Numbered from the stretch's first letter, positions 52,767 to 60,894 are shown. The stretch is 64,000 nucleotides of DNA from Pseudomonadota bacterium (GCA_050262775.1 JBLNEO010000116.1:6176-70175); one strand, 5' to 3'. A program made the numbers and translations. The notes: generated by a model from the sequence alone, not told the origin.

Positions 52767-54308
52767 ATGGGGATGGTGCCGCTCATGGACCTGACGTCGT
52801 TCGTCCAGGACTTCGTCGTCTTCTGGCTCCCGATCCTGTTCTTCATCCTGATGCTCGTGATCGTGTGGCTGCTGTTCCGCACGGTCGCGCTGATGCCGCG
52901 CGTGAAGCCGGCGCAGATCGAGCCGAACTCCGACTCCTCGGTGACGTTCGAGGACGTGGCCGGCCTGGAGGAGGCCCGGGAGGAGCTGCAGGAGGTCGTC
53001 GAGTTCCTGCGGACGCCGAAGAAGTTCGAGCGCCTCGGCGCGCGGGTGCCGAAGGGGATCCTCCTCTACGGCCCGCCGGGAACAGGGAAGACGCTGCTCG
53101 CGAAGGCGGTCGCCAACGCCTCCGGCGCCTCGTTCTACGCGGCGAGCGCGTCCTCGTTCGTCGAGATGTTCGCCGGCCTCGGCGCGGCGCGGATCCGCCG
53201 GCTGTTCAAGGAGGCCCGCAAGAACGCCCCGTCGATCATCTTCATCGACGAACTCGACGCCGTCGGCACCGCGCGGACGGGCGGCGGCTTCAACCGCGAG
53301 CACGACCAGACGCTCAACCAGCTGCTCGTGGAGCTCGACGGCTTCGACGCGCGCGAGCAGGTCGTGATCATGGGCGCCTCGAACCGGCTCCAGGATCTCG
53401 ACCCGGCGCTGCTGCGCCCGGGCCGCTTCGACCGCCAGGTGCTCGTCTCGCCGCCCGACGTGAAGGCGCGCGAGGAGATCCTCCGCGTACACACGCGCGG
53501 CAAGCCGCTGGCCGCGGACGTCGACCTCGGGGCGATCGCACGGCAGACCGTCGGGCTGACGGGCGCCGACCTCGCGAACGTCGCGAACGAGGCGGCGATC
53601 TTCGCGGGCCGCAACGAGCAGCAGTACGTGCACCAGCGCGACTTCGACGTCGCGCTGGAGCGGGTGGTCGCCGGACTCCAGCAGCGGAAGGTCGTGACCG
53701 AGAAGGAGAAGCGGATCCTCGCCTACCACGAGGCCGGGCACGCGCTGATGTCGTTCCTGATGGCCGACACGATGCCGGTGCAGAAGGTGACGATCGTCTC
53801 GCGCGGCCAGGCGCTCGGCTACACCTTCAACGTCCCGAGCGAGGACCGCTACCTCCACACGCGCGAGGAGCTGATCGACCAGTTGAAGATCTATCTCGCC
53901 GGACGCGCGGCCGAGCAGGTCGTGTTCGGCCGCGTCACGAACGGCGCCGCGAACGACCTCGAGCGCGCGACGGCGATCACGCGCTCGATGGTGTTCGAGT
54001 GGGGCATGGGCGAGGAGGTCACGTCGCGGACGATGCGCGCCGACAACTACGCCCTCTCCGAGGAGACGAAGCGGCTTCGCGACGTGGAGCAGGCACGGCT
54101 CACCGACGAGGCGTACGAGGCGGCGATCGCGCTGCTGCAGAAGCACCGGGCGACGCTCGATCGGCTCGCGGCGGCGCTGCTCGAGCACGAGACGCTCGTC
54201 CGCGAGGAGATCGAGCAGGTGATCGGCGACGTGGCCCCCGAGTCGCACGCCTCCGAGACCGTCGGCACGGTCCGCGTGCTGCCGACCTCGCCCGGCGGCG
54301 ACGTCTGA
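52767..54308 (+). CDS. ftsH: FtsH-like AAA+ zinc metalloprotease with a single N-terminal TM
   Basis: GPPGTGKTLLAKAVA, IIFIDELDA, SRH PGRFDR, and the zinc site HEAGHAL. There are only about 35 aa before the AAA module, with one hydrophobic helix. Confidence 0.9.
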   Translation: MGMVPLMDLTSFVQDFVVFWLPILFFILMLVIVWLLFRTVALMPRVKPAQIEPNSDSSVTFEDVAGLEEAREELQEVVEFLRTPKKFERLGARVPKGILLYGPPGTGKTLLAKAVANASGASFYAASASSFVEMFAGLGAARIRRLFKEARKNAPSIIFIDELDAVGTARTGGGFNREHDQTLNQLLVELDGFDAREQVVIMGASNRLQDLDPALLRPGRFDRQVLVSPPDVKAREEILRVHTRGKPLAADVDLGAIARQTVGLTGADLANVANEAAIFAGRNEQQYVHQRDFDVALERVVAGLQQRKVVTEKEKRILAYHEAGHALMSFLMADTMPVQKVTIVSRGQALGYTFNVPSEDRYLHTREELIDQLKIYLAGRAAEQVVFGRVTNGAANDLERATAITRSMVFEWGMGEEVTSRTMRADNYALSEETKRLRDVEQARLTDEAYEAAIALLQKHRATLDRLAAALLEHETLVREEIEQVIGDVAPESHASETVGTVRVLPTSPGGDV

Positions 54309-54453
54309 CGGCCGGTCAGGCCGGGCGCGCGCCTCCCACCTCTCCACCCCCCACCCACCCACGGGGTAGCCGCAGTGTGTGCGTGGCGGGGGCCGTGTTC
54401 GTGCCGATTCCGTGCCGTGAGCGCACGCGCGCGATTGTGACTGCATCTGTGCC

Positions 54454-54482
54454 TTGACACGACATCACAATGATGTCATTAT
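54454..54482 (+). promoter_or_regulatory. Near-consensus sigma70-type promoter (TTGACA-17-CATTAT) containing a perfect inverted repeat operator
   Basis: -35 TTGACA at 54454-54459 and -10 CATTAT at 54477-54482. The inverted repeat GACATCA-caa-TGATGTC sits at 54461-54477. ATG 54489 is 6 nt after the -10, so the transcript would be leaderless. This is the lowest-GC patch in the window. Confidence 0.6.
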
Positions 54483-54488
54483 CTGGTC

Positions 54489-54932
54489 ATGCAACTGTCA
54501 GTGCACGTCGACGCCGTCCAGTCCGACCTCGGCGCCGTGGCGGAGGCCGCGGGGCCCGAGCAGGCGGACGCGGCTCGCCGCATCGCCGCCGCCCTCGGCT
54601 CGTCGCTCCGGCTCCACCTGCTCGAGGCGGTCACGGAGGCGGCCCACGAGGTGTCGGCGCAGCTCCCCGCCGGACGCGTCGAGGTGCGCCTCGAGGCCGG
54701 CGATCCGGTCCTGTCCTTCCTCGAGGAGGCGCCGGCCCCGCCGGCGTTCGCCGCCGAGGACGCGTCCGCGCGGATCACGCTGCGGCTCCCCGAGGCGCTC
54801 AAGGCGAGCGTCGAGGCGGCCGCCGCGCGCGAGGGCGTCTCCGTCAACTCCTGGCTGGTGCAGGCACTGGCGCGGGCGGTCGAGTCGCGGCCGTCGCGCG
54901 GCAACCGCCTGACCGGCTTCGCCCGCAGCTAG
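54489..54932 (+). CDS. Ribbon-helix-helix (HicB/CopG-like) DNA-binding protein with an unassigned N-terminal domain
   Basis: The C-terminal RITLRLPEALKASVEAAAAREGVSVNSWLVQALARAV shows the RHH pattern. The N-terminal 95 aa have no motif I recognise. Confidence 0.7.
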   Translation: MQLSVHVDAVQSDLGAVAEAAGPEQADAARRIAAALGSSLRLHLLEAVTEAAHEVSAQLPAGRVEVRLEAGDPVLSFLEEAPAPPAFAAEDASARITLRLPEALKASVEAAAAREGVSVNSWLVQALARAVESRPSRGNRLTGFARS

Positions 54933-54949
54933 ACGAGGAGGTCGCTGCC

Positions 54950-55069
54950 ATGACCACCGTCCATCTCCCCTTCGGGCACGTCTCCTGGCCCGAGCTCGAG
55001 CCGCTCTACGGCGACCGGCGCCCCGTTCGCCGCCCGCGCAGCGGGATCCGGAAGGGCGGCATCCGGTGA
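54950..55069 (+). CDS. Candidate 39-aa micro-protein (MTTVHLPFGHVSWPELEPLYGDRRPVRRPRSGIRKGGIR)
   Basis: SD GAGGAGG (54935-54941) lies 8 nt before the ATG. GC3 is very high, and the stop overlaps the DUF4097 GTG (GTGA). Below the ORF-track size cutoff. Confidence 0.45.
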   Translation: MTTVHLPFGHVSWPELEPLYGDRRPVRRPRSGIRKGGIR

Positions 55070-55854
55070 CCGAGCGCTTTCCGACTCCGTCGTGGATCGT
55101 CGTCGACCTGAAGATCCCGGCCGGCACGGTCGAGCTCGAGGCCGTCGAGACGATCGAGACCGAGGTCGAGGTCGAGGCGCTCAACGCACCGGCACGCGAG
55201 CGGCTCGACAAGCTCGTCGTCTCGCTCGAGGGCGATCACCTGCGCGTGGAGGCGCCGGAGAAGAACACGTGGGTCGATCGGACGCCCGAGTACGCGGTCC
55301 GCGTCCGCTGCCCCCTCGGCTCGAAGGTCAAGCTCCGCAGTGCCTCGACCGACCTCGCCGCACGTGGTCGTCTCGGGTCGCTCGAGGTGAAGACCGCCTC
55401 GGGCGACGTCGCGGCGGAGGACGTCGACGGGCCCGTGCGCGTCGACTCGGCGAGCGGCGACGTCCGTGTCCGCAGTGCCGGGGCAGACGTCGAGCTCCGG
55501 ACCGCGTCGGGCGATCTCGAGGTCGCCCGGGCACACGGACGCGTGAAGGCGCAGAGCGTGTCGGGCGACGTGGAGGTCGGCGAGGCGGCGGCCGCCGTCG
55601 AGGTGCAGACCGTGTCGGGCGACCTGCGCGTCGAGCGCGTCGACCTCGGCCCGCTCAGCGTCAACGCCGTGTCGGGCGACGTCGACGTGGCGATCGCGCC
55701 GGGGGCGGCGGTCTGGCTCGATCTCCGCTCGCTGAGCGGTGAGATGCGCTCGGAGCTCGACGCCGGCGAGGCGCCGGGAGACGGCGAGCACGTGGTCGAG
55801 GTGCGCGGGAAGACCGTCAGCGGCGACGTCCGCATCCGGCGCGCCGTCGTGTGA
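55066..55854 (+). CDS. DUF4097 family beta-strand repeat protein
   Basis: Repeated SGDV/SGDL beta-helix units and the actinobacterial-type N-terminus FPTPSWIVVDL... Confidence 0.85.
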   Translation: MTERFPTPSWIVVDLKIPAGTVELEAVETIETEVEVEALNAPARERLDKLVVSLEGDHLRVEAPEKNTWVDRTPEYAVRVRCPLGSKVKLRSASTDLAARGRLGSLEVKTASGDVAAEDVDGPVRVDSASGDVRVRSAGADVELRTASGDLEVARAHGRVKAQSVSGDVEVGEAAAAVEVQTVSGDLRVERVDLGPLSVNAVSGDVDVAIAPGAAVWLDLRSLSGEMRSELDAGEAPGDGEHVVEVRGKTVSGDVRIRRAVV

Positions 55855-55962
55855 GGAGCCGCACCGAGATCGCGGACGTCGGCGGCACGGCGTCCGGGTC
55901 CGTCGGCTCCGTGTTCCGGGAGCCGGACGCGGCGTCGCGGGCGGTCCCCCGGGCGGCGTAGC

Positions 55963-55968
55963 TAGCAT
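55963..55968 (+). promoter_or_regulatory. Candidate -10 (TAGCAT) for a leaderless epimerase transcript
   Basis: TANNNT lies 7 nt before GTG 55976. Confidence 0.4.
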
Positions 55969-55975
55969 CGCGCCC

Positions 55976-56380
55976 GTGCAGGCGCGCGGCATCCATCACC
56001 TCGGCGTCGCGGTCGAGGACCTCGACGCCGCGGTCGACACGTACGCGCGGCTCTTCGGTGCCGAGCTCGAGCATCGGGCGACGGTCGCGGCGCAGGGCGT
56101 CGAGGCCGCTGCGGTCATCCTCGGCGACGGCCGCGTGGAGCTGCTCGCCGCGCTCGGCGAGGACACGCCCGTCGGCCGGTTCCTCGCGTCGCGCGGGCCG
56201 GGGATGCACCATGTCGCCTACGAGGTCGCCGACATCGACTCGGCGATCGCCGACCTCGCCGAGCGGGGTGCGGAGCTGATCGACACGGAGCCGCGCGAGG
56301 GGTTGTTCGGGCTGGAGGTCGCGTTCGTCCACCCCGACTCCGTCCACGGCGTTCTCTCGGAGGTGGTGTCGCGTGGTTAG
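55976..56380 (+). CDS. mce: Methylmalonyl-CoA epimerase (VOC/glyoxalase family)
   Basis: HHLGVAV.DLD.A...Y...G.......V..QGV........G...ELL......P...FL...G.G.HHVA..V.DI, typical of MCE. Confidence 0.82.
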   Translation: MQARGIHHLGVAVEDLDAAVDTYARLFGAELEHRATVAAQGVEAAAVILGDGRVELLAALGEDTPVGRFLASRGPGMHHVAYEVADIDSAIADLAERGAELIDTEPREGLFGLEVAFVHPDSVHGVLSEVVSRG

Positions 56381-56609
56381 CAACGCCGGGCCTGCCCGCG
56401 TGCGGGTCGAGGTCGGCTTCGACGGCGGGCAGGTGATGAACGCGCTCGTGACACTCGACAGCGCGGACGCGCTGGAGCGCGCGTTCTCCGCGTCGTCGGA
56501 GGCGGTCGTGACGCTCGACGCCGAGGACGGCGCGTACCACGTCGCCCTCCGCCGCGTCGTCTACATCACGCGCTACGCCCGCGAGGGCCGCGTGGGGTTC
56601 GGGGCCTGA
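56373..56609 (+). CDS. Small conserved protein, DUF3107-like
   Basis: The pattern VRVEVGF........L......AL.......VVTL.DE.G....V....V.Y......RVGFG resembles DUF3107. The start is either GTG 56373 (SD GGAGG 9 nt upstream) or GTG 56400. Confidence 0.5.
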   Translation: MVSNAGPARVRVEVGFDGGQVMNALVTLDSADALERAFSASSEAVVTLDAEDGAYHVALRRVVYITRYAREGRVGFGA

Positions 56610-56649
56610 CGCGCGGTTAGGCGCGTGGGTCCGGGGGCATCGAAGAGCG

Positions 56650-57243
56650 ATGACGGAAGGGGCGACCACGCGGACGCCGTCGGTCTCGAACGAGGAGGTT
56701 CGGCGGCTCGTCGAGCGTGCGCAGGGAGGCGACCGCGAGGCGCTCGAGGAGCTCTACCTCCTCCACTTCGACCGCATCTACAGCTACCTGCACATGAGCG
56801 TCGGCAACCGGCACGACGCCGAGGACCTGACGACCCAGACGTTCCTGAAGATGCTCGAGTCGATCGGTCGGTTCCGCTGGCAGTCGGCGCCGTTCTCGGC
56901 CTGGCTGTTCCGGATCGCCCACAACCTCGCCATGGACCACTTCCGTTCCCGGCGTCGCTGGCAGCCGGAGGAGGAGGTGCCCGAGCCGCACGGGGTGGAG
57001 GAGCCCTCGGCCGAGGCGATGGCGATGCGGACGATCGGCCGCGAGTCGATGCTCGCGATGATCGAGGACCTCTCGCCCGAGCAGCAACAGGTGCTCACGC
57101 TGAAGTTCGTCTTCAACTTCTCGAACGGCGAGGTGGCCACGATCCTCGAGAAGACCGAGGGGGCGATCAAGTCGCTCCAGCACCGCGCGCTCGTGTCGCT
57201 CCAGAAGCAGCTGGAGCGCGGCGAGTCCCCCGACACGACGTAG
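56650..57243 (+). CDS. ECF-type RNA polymerase sigma factor
   Basis: Region 2 (FDRIYSYL...AEDLTQ.TF, WLFRIAHN) and region 4 (LSPEQQQVLTLKF....S..EVA.IL....GAIKSLQHRAL). Confidence 0.9.
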   Translation: MTEGATTRTPSVSNEEVRRLVERAQGGDREALEELYLLHFDRIYSYLHMSVGNRHDAEDLTTQTFLKMLESIGRFRWQSAPFSAWLFRIAHNLAMDHFRSRRRWQPEEEVPEPHGVEEPSAEAMAMRTIGRESMLAMIEDLSPEQQQVLTLKFVFNFSNGEVATILEKTEGAIKSLQHRALVSLQKQLERGESPDTT

Positions 57244-57255
57244 CCTGCGTCCGTC

Positions 57256-58179
57256 GTGGCGCTGGAGGTCGGGATCGTCGGGCTGCCGTCGTCGGGGAAG
57301 ACGACGCTCTTCCGCGCGCTCACGAAGACCGCCGCGGGCGAGTTCGGCAAGGAGAACGTCGGGATGGCCGCGATCGTCGACGAGCGGCTCGACCGGCTCG
57401 CCGAGGTCGTCCACGCGAAGAAGGTCACCCCCGCGACGATCCGCGTCGTCGACGTCCCCGGCACGGGCGCGCAGCTGCTCGGAAACCTGCGCCAGGTGGA
57501 CGCCCTGCTCGTCGTCCTCGACGCGTTCAGCGGCACCGGCGATCCCGGGGCAGATCTCGAGACGCTGAAGCTCGAGCTGCTCGTGGCCGACCGTGACCAC
57601 GTCGAGCGTCGGCTCGAGCGCATCCGCAAGCAGGCGAAGTCGGGCGAGGCGAAGCTCCGCGCGGAGGTCGAGCGGCTCGAGCGGCTGCTCGCGCACCTCG
57701 ACGAGGGGCGCACGCTCGCCGACTGGCCCGAGGAGCTGCCGCCGGAGCTCGAGCCGCTGACGACGAAGCCCCTGCTCGCGATCGAGAACGGCCCCTCCGG
57801 CATCGACCTCGGGCTCGAGGCGGAGCTCGCGGAGCTGTCCGACGCCGACGCCGCCGAGTTTCGCGAGGGCCGGCCGTCCGCCCTCGGGGAGGTCACGCGG
57901 AGGCTCCGCGACGAGCTCGACCTGATCACGTTCTTCACCGCCGGCGAGAAGGAGACGCGCGCATGGACGCTGCGCCGCGGCCAGACCGCGCTCGACGCCG
58001 CCGCCACCATCCATTCCGACATCGCGCGCGGCTTCATCCGCGCCGAGGTGATCGAGGCGGACGACCTCGTCCGCGCCGGCTCGCACCAGGAGGCCGCACG
58101 GCAGGGGCTGCAGCGGCTGGAGGGGAAGACGTACGTCGTCGCCGACGGCGACGTGCTCAACATCCGCTTCAACGTCTGA
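57256..58179 (+). CDS. ychF: Ribosome-binding ATPase YchF (short, divergent form)
   Basis: GIVGLPSSGKTTLF P-loop and C-terminal TGS-like FFTAGEKE.RAWT...G..A..AA..IHSD...GFIRAEV.....L. 307 aa versus about 360 for a typical YchF. Confidence 0.82.
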   Translation: MALEVGIVGLPSSGKTTLFRALTKTAAGEFGKENVGMAAIVDERLDRLAEVVHAKKVTPATIRVVDVPGTGAQLLGNLRQVDALLVVLDAFSGTGDPGADLETLKLELLVADRDHVERRLERIRKQAKSGEAKLRAEVERLERLLAHLDEGRTLADWPEELPPELEPLTTKPLLAIENGPSGIDLGLEAELAELSDADAAEFREGRPSALGEVTRRLRDELDLITFFTAGEKETRAWTLRRGQTALDAAATIHSDIARGFIRAEVIEADDLVRAGSHQEAARQGLQRLEGKTYVVADGDVLNIRFNV

Positions 58180-58220
58180 GCGTTGTCAGGAGGCGGAGGC
58201 TGACGTACCCTCGGAGTCCG

Positions 58221-59228
58221 ATGGCCGACGCGACGCGGACGCGCTCCACCATCTTCGACGTCGCCGACGCCGCAGGGGTCTCGATCACCACCGTGTCGCA
58301 CGTCTTCTCCGGCAAGCGCCGGGTCAACGAGGAGACGCGCAGGCGCGTGCTCGACGCCGCCGAGCAGCTGGCATACCGCCCGCGCGCGATCGCCCGCGCG
58401 CTTGCCGCCGGGAAGACGAACACGCTCGCGCTCTCGGTGCCGATCACCGGGTCCGACCTGCTGCTCAACTCGTTCTTCGCGAAGCTGCTGCCGGCGCTCT
58501 CGCTCGCGGCGCTCGACCGCGGCTACTCGTTCCTCTACGTGCCGCCCGACGCCGGTGCGGAGCTGACCGAGTCGCTGCTCGACGCGGGCCGCGTCGACGC
58601 GGCGGTGCTCGTCGTGCCGAGCGCGACCGATCCCTTCGTCCGCGCCGTCCTCGACGCGGGGACGCCGTACGTGAGCATCGGACCGCTCGAGGGCTCGTCG
58701 TGCCCGCACTGGGTCGGGCAGGAGCCCACGGAGATCATCTCGCTCGTGCTCGACCACCTGCGCGCGTCCGGCTACGGCCGGTTCGGGCTGCTCTCGCCGG
58801 CGTTCAAGGTGACGACGGTGGCGCAGTACGAGGAGGCGTTCGCCGTGCTCGCCGGCGACGACGCGCGCCTCGCCGAGAGCGCGCACATCTCCGAGTGGGA
58901 CGCGTACGACGCCGCCGTGGGGATGCTCGGCGACGACGGGCGGCCCGACGGCCTCCTCTGCCTCGGCGACTCGCTCGCCGTCGGCGCCCTGCGCGCCTGC
59001 GACGACCTCGGACTGGGCGTGCCCGAGGACGTGGGCCTCGTCAGCGTGGTCGACAGCCCGCTCACGACCCACGTCACGCCGGCGCTCACGGCCGTCGACG
59101 TGAACGAGTCGCTGCTCGGGCAGCGCGCGCTGTCCGTCCTCGACCTGCTGCTCGCCGGCGAGCCGGTGCCCGAGGAGCTCCCGCGGGTCGCCGCGGAGCT
59201 CGTACCGCGCGGCTCGACGGGGCGCTAG
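58221..59228 (+). CDS. LacI-family transcriptional regulator
   Basis: N-terminal HTH TIFDVADAAGVSITTVSHVFSG followed by a periplasmic-binding-fold domain. Confidence 0.9.
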   Translation: MADATRTRSTIFDVADAAGVSITTVSHVFSGKRRVNEETRRRVLDAAEQLAYRPRAIARALAAGKTNTLALSVPITGSDLLLNSFFAKLLPALSLAALDRGYSFLYVPPDAGAELTESLLDAGRVDAAVLVVPSATDPFVRAVLDAGTPYVSIGPLEGSSCPHWVGQEPTEIISLVLDHLRASGYGRFGLLSPAFKVTTVAQYEEAFAVLAGDDARLAESAHISEWDAYDAAVGMLGDDGRPDGLLCLGDSLAVGALRACDDLGLGVPEDVGLVSVVDSPLTTHVTPALTAVDVNESLLGQRALSVLDLLLAGEPVPEELPRVAAELVPRGSTGR

Positions 59229-60058
59229 CCCGCCGAGACGAGCGCGACGCCGCCGAGCGCGCCGGCGATGCCGATCATTCGGAGCGGCGCGACGTGCTCG
59301 CGGAGCAGCGAGGCCGCCAGCACGATCGTGACCACGGGGTAGAGGGACGCGACGACCGCGACGATGCTCGTGTAGCCGCGGTTCAGCGCCGCGGCGAGGA
59401 GCACGTTCGCGCCGGCGTCGAAGAGGCCGATCGCGACGAGCCACGGGAGCATCCGTGCCGGCGCGACGAGCGGCGCCCGCCACGCCGCCGCCACGGTGAC
59501 GGCGACGACGGACGCCGTGCCGCGCGCGACGCACACGGCCCACGCGGCGCTCTCCTCGCTCGCGGCGTCGATGAGGACGTAGTAGAGCCCGAACCCGATC
59601 GCGGAGAGGACCGCGAACCCGACGCCGGCCGCGACGCGCGCGCCGGCGCGGCCCGGCTCGCGCGAGACGAGCACGACGCCCGCGAGGATGAGCAGCGCTC
59701 CGGCGAGCTGCACCGCACCCGGCCGCTCGCCGCGCGAGAGACCGTAGACGAGCGGCACGAGCGCGGCCAGCCCCGACACGGGGGCGACGACGCCGATCGC
59801 CCCCACCGCCATGCCCTGGTAGAGGCCGCCGAGCCCGACGAGACCCGCGGCGCCGGCCGCGAGCGCCGCGAGCGTCGCGCCCGTCGCGAGCGGATCGTCC
59901 CCGCGGACGGCGACGAGCACGACGAGCGCCAGGAAGCCCGCGACCTCGGAGACGGCGAGGACGGTGAGCGTCGCGAGGCGTCGCGAGCTGACCCCGCCGA
60001 CGAAGTCGCCGACGCCCCAGGAGATGCTCGCCCCGAGGGCGAGCAGGATCGCGGTCAA
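59225..60058 (-). CDS. DMT superfamily (EamA-like) transporter
   Basis: 10-TM protein with two EamA-type repeats. Confidence 0.85.
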   Translation of the reverse strand: MTAILLALGASISWGVGDFVGGVSSRRLATLTVLAVSEVAGFLALVVLVAVRGDDPLATGATLAALAAGAAGLVGLGGLYQGMAVGAIGVVAPVSGLAALVPLVYGLSRGERPGAVQLAGALLILAGVVLVSREPGRAGARVAAGVGFAVLSAIGFGLYYVLIDAASEESAAWAVCVARGTASVVAVTVAAAWRAPLVAPARMLPWLVAIGLFDAGANVLLAAALNRGYTSIVAVVASLYPVVTIVLAASLLREHVAPLRMIGIAGALGGVALVSAG

Positions 60059-60888
60059 CCGCGCTCGACGGGACGCGTCGCGGCGACGGCGTCCAGCTGG
60101 TTCGCGTGGTAGAGGACGGAGGCCTCGGCCGTCCGGGCCGCACGTGCGTCGTGGTGCGACGCGACCGCGTGCAGGAGCTCGGCCCGGCCGCCCGCGTCGA
60201 GGACGTCGGCGCGCTCCTCCACGCGCCGCAGGCCGAGGTGCACGTGCCCCAGCAGCTCGCCCTCCGGCGTGGGCCGGAACGACGGGGGCCGCCCGAGCTC
60301 GAGCGTGCGGCCGACGTCGTGCAGGAGGGCGGCGGCGAGCAGGAGGTCGCCCCGCAGCCGCGGGTGGAGCTGCGCGGTCTCACGGCAGATCGTCGCCACC
60401 CCGACCGTGTGCTCGAGGAGCCCGCCCGCGTACCCGTGGTGGCCGTCGGGCGTCGCGGGCAGCTCACGGAACCGCGCCACGGTCGCCCCGTCGAGGACGC
60501 GCGCGACGACCTCGTGGAGGCCGGGATCCGCGATCTCCCCCGCGAGGAACTCGAGGAACCCCGTCAGCTCGTCGGCGTCCCGGCGCATCGCGGGTGCGAG
60601 CCGCGCGGCGTCCGTGTCGGGTGCCGGCTCGAGGGTCCGCACCTCGAGCTGCAGCCGATCGCGGAAGCGCTCGACCCTGCCGAGCACGCGCACCGCGTCC
60701 CCCTCGCCGAAGCGCGCGTCGAGGAGCTCGACGTCCTGCCACACGCGGCCCTCGATCCGCCCGCTCGGGTCGACCAGCTCGAGTGCGAGGTACGGCGCGC
60801 CCGAGCGCGTGCGGAGGCGCTGCTTGCGCGCGACCGCGTAGACCCCCTCCACCATCCGGTCGGGCGTCAGCTCGGCGATCGCGGACAC
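60055..60888 (-). CDS. OB-fold plus HD-domain phosphohydrolase (YhaM-like 3'-5' exoribonuclease family)
   Basis: N-terminal OB fold (YLALELVD.SG.IEGRVW) and an HD motif (GGLLEHT...LLHDVG). Confidence 0.72.
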   Translation of the reverse strand: MSAIAELTPDRMVEGVYAVARKQRLRTRSGAPYLALELVDPSGRIEGRVWQDVELLDARFGEGDAVRVLGRVERFRDRLQLEVRTLEPAPDTDAARLAPAMRRDADELTGFLEFLAGEIADPGLHEVVARVLDGATVARFRELPATPDGHHGYAGGLLEHTVGVATICRETAQLHPRLRGDLLLAAALLHDVGRTLELGRPPSFRPTPEGELLGHVHLGLRRVEERADVLDAGGRAELLHAVASHHDARAARTAEASVLYHANQLDAVAATRPVERG

Positions 60889-60894
60889 CGCGCG

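Noticed and set aside
54332-54362. C-rich tract CCTCCCACCTCTCCACCCCCCACCCACCCAC (G-rich on the minus strand) as a possible G-quadruplex or i-motif element between ftsH and the RHH promoter.
   Set aside because: Only three clean G3 runs lie within loop-length limits (GGGTGGGTGGGGGG, followed by GG runs), so it fails the canonical G3+N1-7 x4 rule. It may simply be compositional.
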